Below, piece by piece: positions 45,858 through 56,075 of a stretch of 64,000 bases of DNA (positions within the stretch are counted from its first letter, which is position 1; every line of letters begins with the position of its first letter). The stretch is from contig CAYVQF010000030.1 in the NCBI GenBank assembly GCA_964454015.1, positions 420 to 64,419 of the forward strand, read 5' to 3'. Position numbers and translations under genes: made by a program. This DNA comes from an uncultured Myxococcales bacterium. Its GTDB lineage: Bacteria; Myxococcota_A; Bradymonadia; UBA4248. Under the pieces are notes generated by a model, which worked only from the letters and a program-made list of their open reading frames with translations, ran no database searches and was not told where the DNA came from.

Positions 45858-47627
45858 TCAATCCGCGATGATGAGCTTCACGGGCGCTTTATCCTCCGGC
45901 TTCTTGTCCTCTTGCCGGATGACCACGACCGTGGGGTCACTCGCCTTGCTCTCGGTATCGTCACCGCGACGCTTGCTGCTCCCACCACCGCTGCGTTTCG
46001 CCGGCGTCAGGGCGCGGGAAAAAATCAACCCGTCGCGTGGGATAAAAGCCATCACACTATCATCGAAGCCATCGCGCTTGAGCACCAGACGCACCTCTTC
46101 CGCATCGTCACGGGGAAAGGTCACGTCCGTCGGCGTCAGCCCCAGGGACTCACCGTCGCGGAAAACGCCGGCGCCTGCAGGCTCCGTCTCGATACGGACG
46201 GTCACCATGGCCGCCTTTTCCGGATCCACGGCCGCCGTTTCAGCGTCTACTGTCGCGTCATCCACGGCCGCCGCAGCATCATCCCCCGGGGCTCCATCCG
46301 CGCCGGGAATGGGCTCTCCCGCCGTCTTCGCCGCGTCGGCGGGGTCTTCGCCGGTGCCCGCATCCCCTTCGCCAACAGCCGTCAGCCCCGGGTCCGCCGC
46401 GCTGGCACCCGGCATGGCATCCGCTGCGGCACCACGCGCCGTGCTCTCGGGCGGTCCATCGTCTCGGCTGAGGTGAATCACCACCCCGACCAAGGACAAG
46501 AGCAGCAGCACCACGATGGCCACGAGGATGAGCCGACGCCCCGAAGCTGGGGCCAGGGCCACATCCTCTTCACCTTCGCCCGCCGGCGGCATGACCGCAT
46601 CGCCGCCAAGCGCGCTGGCGTCGCTCTCAGGCGGCGTCACCGCGAGAACGGGGCGCGCATTGGCCGTCAGGGCCGCAGCGTCGACGGCCGGCAGCTCGCC
46701 GCTGTGCACCACGGCGGCGCGCTGGCGGTATTCGGAGAACTTCATTTTCGTGTCGCTGACGACCAGATCCTGGGCGCTGAGGGTCTCGAGATCGGCGAGG
46801 AAGGCGTTGGCGTCAGGATAGCGCTCTTGATAGTTGGGGTTGAGGGCCTTCCACAGGATCGCGCCGGCTTTGCCCTCGAGGAGCGACTCGGGGATGTCTA
46901 GCCCCCCCTGAGCGTGCGCCAAGAGGCAGGCAAAGGGGCTGGTCTCTTCGACCACGGGGTGCCCCGTGAGCATCTCGACCAGGATGAGGCCCATCTGGTA
47001 GACATCCAGGGCACAGGTGGCGATCTGATTGCGGATGTACTCCGGCGGCAGGTACTTGGGCGTCCCCATGATCTGGCCGGTGCCAGTCAGCGCGGCGCCG
47101 TCTTCCACCTCAGCCAGCCGCGCGACGCCGAAGTCGAGGATGCGCAGGCTCTCCCGAGGCTGATCAACCTTATAGAGGTAGAGATTCGATGGCTTGAGGT
47201 CCTTGTGAATGATGCCGCGGTTGTGCCCCTCACCGAGCGCCTCGAGGCAGCCCTTGAAGAGACGCAAGACCCGTTCGGGGGCCAGGGCGCCGTTCTTCGC
47301 CAGCCACACGGCCAGATCGCAGCCCTCGAGGAGCTCCATGGCGATGAAGGGCATGCGCTGCGGACCGGTGAAGCCAAAGTCGTAGATGGTCACGACGTTG
47401 GCGTGATCGATCTGCGCGGCCAGCTTGGCCTCGCGCATGAAACGCCGCTCGAACTCGTCAGCGTCCACGCCTTGAGGGGCGTGGGCCAAAAACTTCAACG
47501 CCACCATGCGATCGACGTGAAGCTGCTTGGCTTTGTACACCGAGGCGAAGCCACCGGCGCCGATGAACTCGACGATTTCGAAGCGATCCTCGACAACGGT
47601 TCCAGCAGTGTATCGATGCGTTTTCAA
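45858..47627 (-). CDS. Membrane Ser/Thr kinase with extracytoplasmic PEGA domain
   Basis: GAGGFASV, ALK, HKDLKPSN, DFG, GTPKYLPPE; TM; IETEPAGA...GLTP PEGA. Confidence 0.88.
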   Translation of the reverse strand: MKTHRYTAGTVVEDRFEIVEFIGAGGFASVYKAKQLHVDRMVALKFLAHAPQGVDADEFERRFMREAKLAAQIDHANVVTIYDFGFTGPQRMPFIAMELLEGCDLAVWLAKNGALAPERVLRLFKGCLEALGEGHNRGIIHKDLKPSNLYLYKVDQPRESLRILDFGVARLAEVEDGAALTGTGQIMGTPKYLPPEYIRNQIATCALDVYQMGLILVEMLTGHPVVEETSPFACLLAHAQGGLDIPESLLEGKAGAILWKALNPNYQERYPDANAFLADLETLSAQDLVVSDTKMKFSEYRQRAAVVHSGELPAVDAAALTANARPVLAVTPPESDASALGGDAVMPPAGEGEEDVALAPASGRRLILVAIVVLLLLSLVGVVIHLSRDDGPPESTARGAAADAMPGASAADPGLTAVGEGDAGTGEDPADAAKTAGEPIPGADGAPGDDAAAAVDDATVDAETAAVDPEKAAMVTVRIETEPAGAGVFRDGESLGLTPTDVTFPRDDAEEVRLVLKRDGFDDSVMAFIPRDGLIFSRALTPAKRSGGGSSKRRGDDTESKASDPTVVVIRQEDKKPEDKAPVKLIIAD

Positions 47628-47959
47628 CTAGTTAAGCCTCATGTTCAGCCCGCGTGGGTCGAAGACGACCTTGCCCTGCAGTGGAGCAACCTACATCCCG
47701 ATGGGTCAAAACGTCAATATCCCGCGTCTTAGGACCTCGCCGCGCCGGCCCGACGCGGGGAATGCAGAAACACGCGGCCAGGGGCTTGTCAGCGCCTGCC
47801 ATTTTCCGTCAAATAAGAATTCAGATGACCTGACCAGCCACAGGCAATGTCATGTCGAAATGGGAACAGCGCGCCTTTTGCTGCGCGCTGCTCGATTGCT
47901 CAACTCAATGGCGACCGGCGTGGTCGCGCCTCGCACGATGCTGCGAGAAGGAGCCCTGT

Positions 47960-50461
47960 ATGCGCGCTGTTCACTTCTACTTCATTTTCCTCTCGTTGCT
48001 CGGCGTGGTTGCGTTCACGTCGGCCTGTGATGACGCCACGCCGCGCCAGGACGATGCCGTTGACACCGAGGTGATCGAGCCGCTCTGCGGTGAGGCACCC
48101 TGTGTCGATGGCGTGTGTTGTGGCGAGAGCTGCGTGCAGCTCGACACCAGCGAGCACTGTGGCGCCTGCCATGTGCGCTGCTCAGCTTACGAGAGCTGTG
48201 TGGGCGGAAAGTGTATGTGCGCCGTGCCGAGCGGCACCCTCGCCCTGTGCGGCGCTGGTGAGGTGTGCTGCCCGGGCGTCGGCTGCCTGCCGACCCAGTC
48301 GGACCCGTGGAACTGTGGGGCGTGTGGGCAACAGTGCCAGGCAGGCGAAAAATGTGAAGACGGGCGCTGTGTCTGCGGCGACGCGGTCAACGCCACTGGC
48401 CCAGTCTGTGTGGACGGTGCCATCTGTTGCGGCGAAGCCTGTGCCGCGCCTGAAGACGAAACCTGCCAATGCGCCGACGAGATCTGCGGCGTGGGCCAGA
48501 AATGCTGCGCAGACGCTTGTGCATCCATCGACGTCGACGAAGAGAACTGCGGGGACTGCGGTCAACGTTGTGGCCTGGGACAGCGCTGCATCGGCGGTGG
48601 CTGCACTTGCGCCGCCACCAACGCCAACTGCGATGGCGATCCCATCACGGGATGTGAGGTCGACATCCGCACGGACGTCACCCACTGCGGCCGCTGCGGT
48701 CATAACTGTGCTGCGGGCTTCGTCTGTTACGACGCCCAGTGTGTGCAGAGCTGCCCCGTGACGCTGGACAACTGCCAGGGCTCTTGCGTGGACACTCAGT
48801 TCAGCCGCCACCACTGCGGGAATTGCGGGAACGCCTGCGCTCCCGGCGAAGTGTGCAGCCAGGGAACCTGTGCGCTCTCCTGTCAGGAGCAACTCCAGAA
48901 CTGCGGGGGCACCTGCGTCGACACCGACAGGGACCGCTTCAATTGTGGCTCCTGTGGACAGAGCTGCGCCGCGGGTGAGCTGTGCTGGGAAGGACGCTGT
49001 CAGTTGAGCTGCCCCGACTACCTCAGGCGCTGTGGCCAGACTTGTGTCGACACCCGGGTCGATCCCCAGCACTGTGGGGCTTGTGGGCAGCCCTGCCCCA
49101 GCGGCCTGCTGTGTGCCCAAGGACAATGCGTTCAGGTGTGCCCCTCGGGCCTCCACCCCTGCGCCGGTGGCTGTGTCGATCTGCTGAACAACCCGCGCCA
49201 CTGTGGGGCGTGCAGCGTGGGCTGCAGCGGTGGGACCTCGTGTATCGAGGGCGAATGCGTGCTGCAGTGCCCGCCGACGCAGCTCCTCTGCAACGGTGAG
49301 TGCGTCGATCCGCGCACGGACCGCAACTTCTGTGGCGCCACCTCCTGTGCGACCGCCACACCATGCGGGCCCAACCAAGGCTGCACCCAAGGTGCTTGCG
49401 TGTGCTTGCCAGGCTTTTTGGACTGCAACCAAGACCCCGCTGATGGCTGCGAGGCCCACGCGCCCACCGACGAGGAACACTGTGGCACCTGCAACACGGG
49501 ATGCCTGACCCATGAAACCTGTTGCAGTGGCCGCTGCGTCGACCGCGACCAGGATCCCCACAATTGTGGTGCCTGTTCCTACCTCTGTGAAGGCAGCGTC
49601 AACGCCGGTCCTGCCTGTGTGCAGGGCCTCTGTGCTCTGAGTTGTGCCAGCGGTTGGGGTGACTGCAACGGTGACGTGGCCGACGGCTGTGAGCATGACG
49701 TCTCGGCTGACGTGAACAACTGTGGCGGCTGTGGCCAGACCTGCGCCGCCATCAACGGCAGCGCCACCTGCGGCGACAACCAGTGCGTGTTGGTCTGTGA
49801 GCAGGGATTTGCAAACTGCAACAATGACTTCAAGGACGGTTGTGAAACCAATTTATCGGAAGACATGGCCCACTGCGGTGCTTGCAATGCTGCCTGCACG
49901 ATTCCCAACGGTCTGGGCAAGTGCGTCGCCGGCGAGTGCATGGTGACGAGCTGTGATCCCCAGTGGTACGACTGCGATTTGCAGGCGGACAATGGATGCG
50001 AGGCGCCAGGCATGTGCCCCATCACCTCGGGCCCCTGTGTCAACTGCACCTCTTCCTACGGTTTCGATTACGAGCTCATGTGGTTGACTTGGGACTGTAA
50101 CGAAATCTGCAACTTTGTCTCGGGTGAGGGCGCCTGGGTCTATGACGCGCGCTACAGTCGCACGCCCATGGGCTGTCAGTGGGCAGCCACGACGCCCCAA
50201 TGGATGGGGCCCGAGGTGGCGTTCACGTTTGAATACAATCACGTGCGGCAGACCTGGGAGGTCTTGGTCGAGCACTCGCAGGAACCTGGTTGCACCTGGA
50301 CGGCTGATGTCAACACCCCGCCGGTGTGCTCTGCCGTGAGCGGCAACTTCATCGAAGAGGTGCTCTTGGTGCCCACCGGGACTGACTCCATGGGCTGTGA
50401 GATCCGCATGATCTCCTACCACGACGACAACAACGACCCAGAGCTCGTCGAAGTCAACTGA
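47960..50461 (+). CDS. Large Cys-rich repeat lipoprotein (copy A)
   Basis: AGGAG RBS, TSA-C lipobox, more than 10 D-x-x-(H/N)CG-x-C repeats, distinct C-terminal domain. Confidence 0.85.
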   Translation: MRAVHFYFIFLSLLGVVAFTSACDDATPRQDDAVDTEVIEPLCGEAPCVDGVCCGESCVQLDTSEHCGACHVRCSAYESCVGGKCMCAVPSGTLALCGAGEVCCPGVGCLPTQSDPWNCGACGQQCQAGEKCEDGRCVCGDAVNATGPVCVDGAICCGEACAAPEDETCQCADEICGVGQKCCADACASIDVDEENCGDCGQRCGLGQRCIGGGCTCAATNANCDGDPITGCEVDIRTDVTHCGRCGHNCAAGFVCYDAQCVQSCPVTLDNCQGSCVDTQFSRHHCGNCGNACAPGEVCSQGTCALSCQEQLQNCGGTCVDTDRDRFNCGSCGQSCAAGELCWEGRCQLSCPDYLRRCGQTCVDTRVDPQHCGACGQPCPSGLLCAQGQCVQVCPSGLHPCAGGCVDLLNNPRHCGACSVGCSGGTSCIEGECVLQCPPTQLLCNGECVDPRTDRNFCGATSCATATPCGPNQGCTQGACVCLPGFLDCNQDPADGCEAHAPTDEEHCGTCNTGCLTHETCCSGRCVDRDQDPHNCGACSYLCEGSVNAGPACVQGLCALSCASGWGDCNGDVADGCEHDVSADVNNCGGCGQTCAAINGSATCGDNQCVLVCEQGFANCNNDFKDGCETNLSEDMAHCGACNAACTIPNGLGKCVAGECMVTSCDPQWYDCDLQADNGCEAPGMCPITSGPCVNCTSSYGFDYELMWLTWDCNEICNFVSGEGAWVYDARYSRTPMGCQWAATTPQWMGPEVAFTFEYNHVRQTWEVLVEHSQEPGCTWTADVNTPPVCSAVSGNFIEEVLLVPTGTDSMGCEIRMISYHDDNNDPELVEVN

Positions 50462-50516
50462 GGCACTGAGGAGTGGGTCATGGTGGCGGACCGGTGCCGC
50501 CGCCCCTTTTGCGGAG

Positions 50517-51278
50517 ATGGTATTGATCGAGGAGACTTACAGCGTCAGCCGCTACCCTTTCGACCTGGTCGCGCCGCTCTACGATCGGCTCATGGAGAGC
50601 ATGGATTACGAGCGCTGGTGCGACAACTACGTCGCCCTGCTGAGCGCCACCGCACCGGTCGAACGGCTCTTGGAATTGGGGTGCGGAACGGGCCTGATGA
50701 CGCGCGCCTTTTTGCGTCGCGCTTTGCAGGTGCACGGCGTCGATCGCTCTGCGGAGATGCTGGCCTATGCCGAGCATCGCTGCGCACCCTGGGGCGATGC
50801 GGTCTCCTTTGCCTGGGGTGACTTCGAGTCCTATCGGTGTCAGGCGCGCTACGATGGCGTGGTGGCCCCTTTCGATGTGCTCAATTACGCCCTCAGCCCA
50901 GAAGCGCTGCTGCGCGCCCTCCAGACGGCGGCGACCCACCTCCACCCGGGACAACCGCTGCTCTTCGATGTCAACACAGCCTACGCCTTCGAAATGAAGA
51001 TGTTCGATGAGGAAGAGGTGGGGCCCAACGCGGAGCTTCGCCACTGGTGGTGTAGCCGCTGGGAAGCGGCCACACGCATCGTCCAGGTCCAGATGTATTT
51101 CATCCAGGGGGAGGAGGTGATCCACGAGTGCCAGCAACAGCGCGCCCACAGCGCAGAGGAGATCAGCCAGGCCATGACCTGCGCCGGTTTCACCGATGTG
51201 ACTTTTTTCGATGCTGCGACACTGAGCGCTCCATTACCAGAGAGCGACAGGATTTATGTGCGGGCCGTCAAGGCCTAG
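50517..51278 (+). CDS. Class I SAM-dependent methyltransferase
   Basis: YDRLM...DY, LELGCGTG, GVDRSAEML, LNY, LLFDVNT. Confidence 0.88.
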   Translation: MVLIEETYSVSRYPFDLVAPLYDRLMESMDYERWCDNYVALLSATAPVERLLELGCGTGLMTRAFLRRALQVHGVDRSAEMLAYAEHRCAPWGDAVSFAWGDFESYRCQARYDGVVAPFDVLNYALSPEALLRALQTAATHLHPGQPLLFDVNTAYAFEMKMFDEEEVGPNAELRHWWCSRWEAATRIVQVQMYFIQGEEVIHECQQQRAHSAEEISQAMTCAGFTDVTFFDAATLSAPLPESDRIYVRAVKA

Positions 51279-51356
51279 GCCTTTACCAAAGGAACACGAA
51301 ACAGAACCAAGCGTGCGCCGGGAAATGGCTCGGCGAGCCGGGATTTCGTCAAGGAG

Positions 51357-53861
51357 ATGAGCATGATCATGCGAAGGATACCACGATTGAACTACTGCGC
51401 AGCCTTCATAGCTGCGTCTCTGCTCTGTTTTACGGCTTGTGACGAGTCTACCCCCAAGGATCGCGATGTCATCGACCTCATCGACGCGCCTGATCTCACC
51501 TGTGGTGGCGAAGTCTGCCCGGGCTTGTGCTGCGACGAGGTCTGTGTGCTCGGTGACGACCGAGACCACTGCGGTGCCTGTGGGCGCGCCTGTGGTCCCT
51601 ATGAGGTGTGCCAGGGCGGCCAGTGCCTGTGTCAGCCTGACGGCGGTGCCAGCCTCTTCTTGTGTGGGGCCGATGAGATCTGTTGCCCAGGACAAGGTTG
51701 CTTGGTGAGCCTCTCCGATCCGTGGAATTGTGGGGCCTGTGGACAACAATGCCAAGCCGGCGAGGTCTGCCAACAAGGTCGCTGTCTCTGCGGCGACCTG
51801 ACGAGCGCTGATGGGCCAGCCTGTACCGATGGCAACATTTGCTGTGGTGACGCGTGCGCCACGGCCGATGCCGAGATCTGTGCCTGCGCCGATGAGGTCT
51901 GCGGTCTAGGCCAGCGCTGCTGCGACGAGGCCTGTGTCGACCTCGCCGTGGACTATGAGAACTGCGGTGACTGCGGCCAGCGCTGCGCTTTGGGACAGCG
52001 CTGCCTCGGCGGGCAATGCACCTGTAGACTGACGACAGCGAGCTGCGACGGCGATGCCAGCACGGGTTGCGAGGTCGACCTGCGGACCAACGTCTCGCAC
52101 TGCGGGCGCTGCGGCCAGGCCTGCGAGAGTGGCTTCGTGTGCTACGATGGGCGTTGCGTCCAGAGTTGTCCTGTCTATCTCGACAACTGCCAAGGATCCT
52201 GCGTGGACACCGAATTGAGCCGTTTCCACTGCGGTGCCTGCGGCAACACCTGCCCGCCTGGTGAGGTCTGTTCTTCTGGGAGCTGCGGTCTCAACTGCCA
52301 GCTTGGCCTGGAGAAGTGTGGCGACATCTGTGTGGATCTACAGCGGGACCTCTCGCACTGCGGTGCCTGCGGGCGCTCCTGTAGTGCCGGCGAGGTATGC
52401 TGGGATGGGAGGTGCCAGGTGGCTTGCCCGAGCTATCTGACCCGTTGCGGACAGCGCTGTGTCGATGCCCGGATCGATCCCGCGCACTGCGGCGGTTGTG
52501 GGCTGGCCTGTGACTCAGGCCTCCTGTGTGCTCAGGGGCAGTGTCTCCAGGTCTGCCCCGATGGGCTCCACCCCTGCGCCGGTGGCTGCGTCGACCTCGC
52601 CTCCCACGCGGGTCACTGCGGTGCCTGTGGGGTGCGCTGCCTCGGCGGCATGGCCTGTGTCAATGGTGAGTGCCTGGGGCAATGTCCGTGGCCCCAGATC
52701 ATGTGCGAGGGCGAGTGTGTCGACCCGCGCTCGGACGTGGTCTTCTGTGGCGCGACGACCTGCACCAACGCCACACCTTGTGGTCTCAATCAGCGCTGCC
52801 AGAACGGTCAGTGCGTTTGCGCCCCAGGATTTGCCGACTGCAACCAAGACCCCGCCGATGGCTGCGAGGCCCACACGCCAACCGAGGAGGAGCACTGTGG
52901 CGCTTGCGGCGTGGCCTGCGGCACGGCTCAGACCTGCTGCAGCGGGAGCTGTGTGGACCGCAGCGTGGACGTCGACAATTGTGGCGCTTGTGCCGTGCGC
53001 TGTGGTGGCGGCGCCAACGCCGAAGCGGCTTGCTTCGAGGGCTTCTGCGCATTGGACTGTGACGCCGGATGGGACGACTGCAACCTCGACGCTGCCGACG
53101 GCTGTGAGTTCCCCGTCGCCGCCGACGTGAACAACTGTGGCGCTTGCGGCTTGGTGTGCAGCCAGAATAACGGCACGGCGTTGTGCGCCGAGAGTCGCTG
53201 CTCCATCACCTGTGACGATGGCTACGGGAACTGCAACGATGACGCCTCTGATGGTTGCGAGAGCGAGCTGGGCACTGACATCGCCCACTGTGGCGGTTGT
53301 GGCATCGCCTGCCACTTTGCCAACGCCGAGGCCCTCTGTGTCGACGGTGCGTGCGCCATGGGGGCCTGCGCGCCCTTCTTCTTTGACTGTGACAACGATC
53401 CGAGCAATGGCTGCGAATCTGTCGGTCAATGCACCATCACCGATGGGCCTTGTGTGGAATGTCAGGGCGGGTGGGCCTTGGGCTACTCAGATATTTACCG
53501 CGAAGATCCATGGGACTGTGACCCTCGCTGCCACTTCATCCCCAGCTATAGCACTTGGTTCGATCAAACCTATTACACGCGTTTGCCCATGGGCTGTGAG
53601 TGGACGGGAACGTCGTCGACCTATCAAGGAATGCCTGTGGACTTCAAAGTCGACTACGACCACGTCAACGACCAGTGGGAGATCACGGCGACGCTCGCCG
53701 CGGAGCCTGGCTGTACCTGGCGTGCGAATGTCGATGCCGATCCCATGTGTGAATTCAACGGCGAGTCTGGACAATTCACCAATGATGTCCTGCTCGTGGG
53801 TGACGGCTTCTATTCCCAGGGCTGCGACGTGCGGCTGAGTCCCTACGGCATCGAAAACTGA
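51357..53861 (+). CDS. Large Cys-rich repeat lipoprotein (copy B)
   Basis: FTA-C lipobox; colinear paralog of 47960-50461. Confidence 0.85.
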   Translation: MSMIMRRIPRLNYCAAFIAASLLCFTACDESTPKDRDVIDLIDAPDLTCGGEVCPGLCCDEVCVLGDDRDHCGACGRACGPYEVCQGGQCLCQPDGGASLFLCGADEICCPGQGCLVSLSDPWNCGACGQQCQAGEVCQQGRCLCGDLTSADGPACTDGNICCGDACATADAEICACADEVCGLGQRCCDEACVDLAVDYENCGDCGQRCALGQRCLGGQCTCRLTTASCDGDASTGCEVDLRTNVSHCGRCGQACESGFVCYDGRCVQSCPVYLDNCQGSCVDTELSRFHCGACGNTCPPGEVCSSGSCGLNCQLGLEKCGDICVDLQRDLSHCGACGRSCSAGEVCWDGRCQVACPSYLTRCGQRCVDARIDPAHCGGCGLACDSGLLCAQGQCLQVCPDGLHPCAGGCVDLASHAGHCGACGVRCLGGMACVNGECLGQCPWPQIMCEGECVDPRSDVVFCGATTCTNATPCGLNQRCQNGQCVCAPGFADCNQDPADGCEAHTPTEEEHCGACGVACGTAQTCCSGSCVDRSVDVDNCGACAVRCGGGANAEAACFEGFCALDCDAGWDDCNLDAADGCEFPVAADVNNCGACGLVCSQNNGTALCAESRCSITCDDGYGNCNDDASDGCESELGTDIAHCGGCGIACHFANAEALCVDGACAMGACAPFFFDCDNDPSNGCESVGQCTITDGPCVECQGGWALGYSDIYREDPWDCDPRCHFIPSYSTWFDQTYYTRLPMGCEWTGTSSTYQGMPVDFKVDYDHVNDQWEITATLAAEPGCTWRANVDADPMCEFNGESGQFTNDVLLVGDGFYSQGCDVRLSPYGIEN

Positions 53862-53907
53862 GCTCGCGTTCTGCCCCCTTCGCTGACCTTTCAACACGCT
53901 TGGACTG

Positions 53908-55368
53908 ATGCACACCTTTGGTTGGCTCTCCCTGCTTCCCCCTCTGGGGGCCATCGTCTTGGCCATCACCACGCGACAAGTGGCCCTGTCGCTCTTCATG
54001 GGGATCTGGCTGGGCTGGACCATCTTGGTGGGGGGCAACCCCCTGCTCGGTCTCCAGGAAGCGCTCAACGCCGTGGTCGATGTCTTTGCCAGCGGCTACA
54101 ACACCAAGGTCATCTTGTTCAGCGCCCTGGTCGGTGCGCTCATCACCCTCATGCAACGCGCTGGCGGCGTGGACGCCTTCGTTCACTGGATGCGGCAGAA
54201 GCGTTGGGGCCACAGCCGGCGCAGCGTCGGGCTCATCGCCTGGACCACGGGGGTCATCGTCTTCATCGAGTCGAGCATCACCTGTCTGGTGGCCGGTGCC
54301 ATCGCGCGCCCGCTCGCGGATCGGGTGCAGATGTCGCGGGAGAAGTTGGCCTACATCATCGACTCGACTTCGGCTCCCGTGTGTATCCTCATCCCCCTCA
54401 ACGCCTGGGGTGCCTACATCATGGCGCTGCTCGCCCAGGAGGGTGAGGCCCAGCCCTTGGCCCTGATGTTGAGCGCCGTGGCGTTGAATTTTTACGCCAT
54501 CCTCGCCCTGCTCATGACGCTGGCCGTGGTGCTCTTCGCCTTCGACATCGGCCCCATGGCCAAGGCCGAGCGACGCGCGCGCGAGGAGGGTAAAGTCCTG
54601 GCCGATGATGCTCAACCCATGATCGCCGACGACGCCATCGCCATGCCAGCCAAAGAAGGCATCCCCCTGCGCTCGGTCAACATGCTCCTGCCAGTCCTCA
54701 CCCTGGTGGTCATGATGCCCATCGGCTTGTGGGTGACGGGGGCACAGGCCCTGGCCGCGCGCCATGAAGCCGCGTCGGGGCTGCTCGACCTTCTAGGCGC
54801 CGGATCCGGCGCGACGGCCGTGCTGTGGGCGGTCCTGGCGGCCATCGTAGTCGCCGTGCTCCTCGCCATGGGACAAGGGATCCTGCGTTTGCGGGAGGTG
54901 ATGGGCTTGAGCTTTCGTGGCGCGGGGGCCTTGGTCCCCATGGCGGTCATCATGATGCTCGCCTTTGCCATCAACGCCACCTGCGGCGAGCTGGGCACCG
55001 GGCCCTGGGTCGCTGCCGCGGTGGCTTCCTTCGTTTCGCCTTGGGCTGCGCCGGCCCTTCTCTTTGCCGTGTCGGCTTTCATCGCCTTCTCCACGGGCAC
55101 CTCCTGGGGCACCTTCGGCATCATGACGCCCATCGCTTTTGGTCTGGCCGCGGGTATCGACGCGCCCCTCGCCCTCTCCCTCGCCGCGGTCCTCGGGGGC
55201 GGTGTCTTTGGCGACCACGCCTCCCCCATATCGGACACTTCAGTGATCGCCTCGATGGCAGCCGCCTCTGACCATATCGATCATGTTCGTACGCAATTGC
55301 CCTATGCCGTGATCTGTGCAGCCGGCGCTTTCGTACTTTACGTGATTGCTGGCATTTCCATCGTTTGA
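53908..55368 (+). CDS. NhaC-family transporter (Na+/H+ antiporter or amino-acid transporter)
   Basis: SREKLAYIIDSTSAP, FSTGTSWGTFGI, GDHASPISD, DHVRTQLPY. Confidence 0.9.
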   Translation: MHTFGWLSLLPPLGAIVLAITTRQVALSLFMGIWLGWTILVGGNPLLGLQEALNAVVDVFASGYNTKVILFSALVGALITLMQRAGGVDAFVHWMRQKRWGHSRRSVGLIAWTTGVIVFIESSITCLVAGAIARPLADRVQMSREKLAYIIDSTSAPVCILIPLNAWGAYIMALLAQEGEAQPLALMLSAVALNFYAILALLMTLAVVLFAFDIGPMAKAERRAREEGKVLADDAQPMIADDAIAMPAKEGIPLRSVNMLLPVLTLVVMMPIGLWVTGAQALAARHEAASGLLDLLGAGSGATAVLWAVLAAIVVAVLLAMGQGILRLREVMGLSFRGAGALVPMAVIMMLAFAINATCGELGTGPWVAAAVASFVSPWAAPALLFAVSAFIAFSTGTSWGTFGIMTPIAFGLAAGIDAPLALSLAAVLGGGVFGDHASPISDTSVIASMAAASDHIDHVRTQLPYAVICAAGAFVLYVIAGISIV

Positions 55369-55458
55369 ACGCCAGCTTGGATCGTGTATCTTAGCTGTGC
55401 GTGGTCGGATTCTGTCCAGGACAATTCTATCGTTCTGCCTGGACTTAGTGTCTTGCCT

Positions 55459-55474
55459 TGGCACTGAAAGTGCG
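55459..55474 (+). promoter_or_regulatory. Putative sigma-54 promoter of rrf2-cysK
   Basis: TGGCAC-TGAAA-GTGCG with canonical -24/-12 spacing. Confidence 0.5.
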
Positions 55475-55577
55475 TTGGGCACCTAGGGCCCTCGCGAGGA
55501 TTTTGTTTTCTTCTTGCGAGGCTTGCTGATCCGCTTCCCTTTCCCTGCTATACCTATCTGGCTAATGAGGTATTGGC

Positions 55578-56021
55578 ATGCGCTTGAGCCAAAAAGCTGA
55601 CTATGCGATCAGAGCCATGTTTGAGTTGACCCGTCTCGGTGGAAATGAACGTTCCGTGCGCACGGCTGAGTTGGCCGCGCGGGATAGCCTTCCGGAGAAA
55701 TTTCTCGAAGGCATCGTGGTGGATTTGCGCAAAGCGGGGCTCATCAAGAGTCAGCGAGGTAAAGGCGGCGGGCACCGCCTGGCCAAGGCGCCACAGGCGA
55801 TCACCCTCGGTGATATTTGGCGCGCCATCGACGGGGCGCTGTCGCCGGTGGCCAGTCTCGAGATGGAACATGTCGCCATGCACAGCACGGCGACGGCCAT
55901 GCTCATCCCCGTGTGGCGCGAAGTCGAGCAGGCCGTGGCGCAGATCGTCGATGCCGTAACCCTAGCGGATTTGGTGGAGAGAGCCGACGCGGAGTGCCAC
56001 GCGATCGACTTTGTCATTTAG
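55578..56021 (+). CDS. Rrf2 family regulator (CymR-like, no Fe-S Cys triad)
   Basis: MRLSQKADYAIRA, LRKAGL.SQRGKGGG, ITLGDI.RAIDG; directly upstream of cysK. Confidence 0.88.
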   Translation: MRLSQKADYAIRAMFELTRLGGNERSVRTAELAARDSLPEKFLEGIVVDLRKAGLIKSQRGKGGGHRLAKAPQAITLGDIWRAIDGALSPVASLEMEHVAMHSTATAMLIPVWREVEQAVAQIVDAVTLADLVERADAECHAIDFVI

Positions 56022-56075
56022 CGGCGCAGAGCTTTGGCGTTTTGGTTGCCAAAGCGTTGTCTTGATGAGGAAGAA

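Noticed and set aside
44686-46476. Long antisense ORFs (also 13497-15356, 22250-23614, 48182-49696)
   Set aside because: Typical high-GC shadow frames opposite well-supported genes.
47960-53861. Cys-rich proteins as multiheme cytochromes or selenoproteins
   Set aside because: Motifs are mostly HCGxCG with only sporadic CxxCH, and no in-frame TGA interrupts the repeats.
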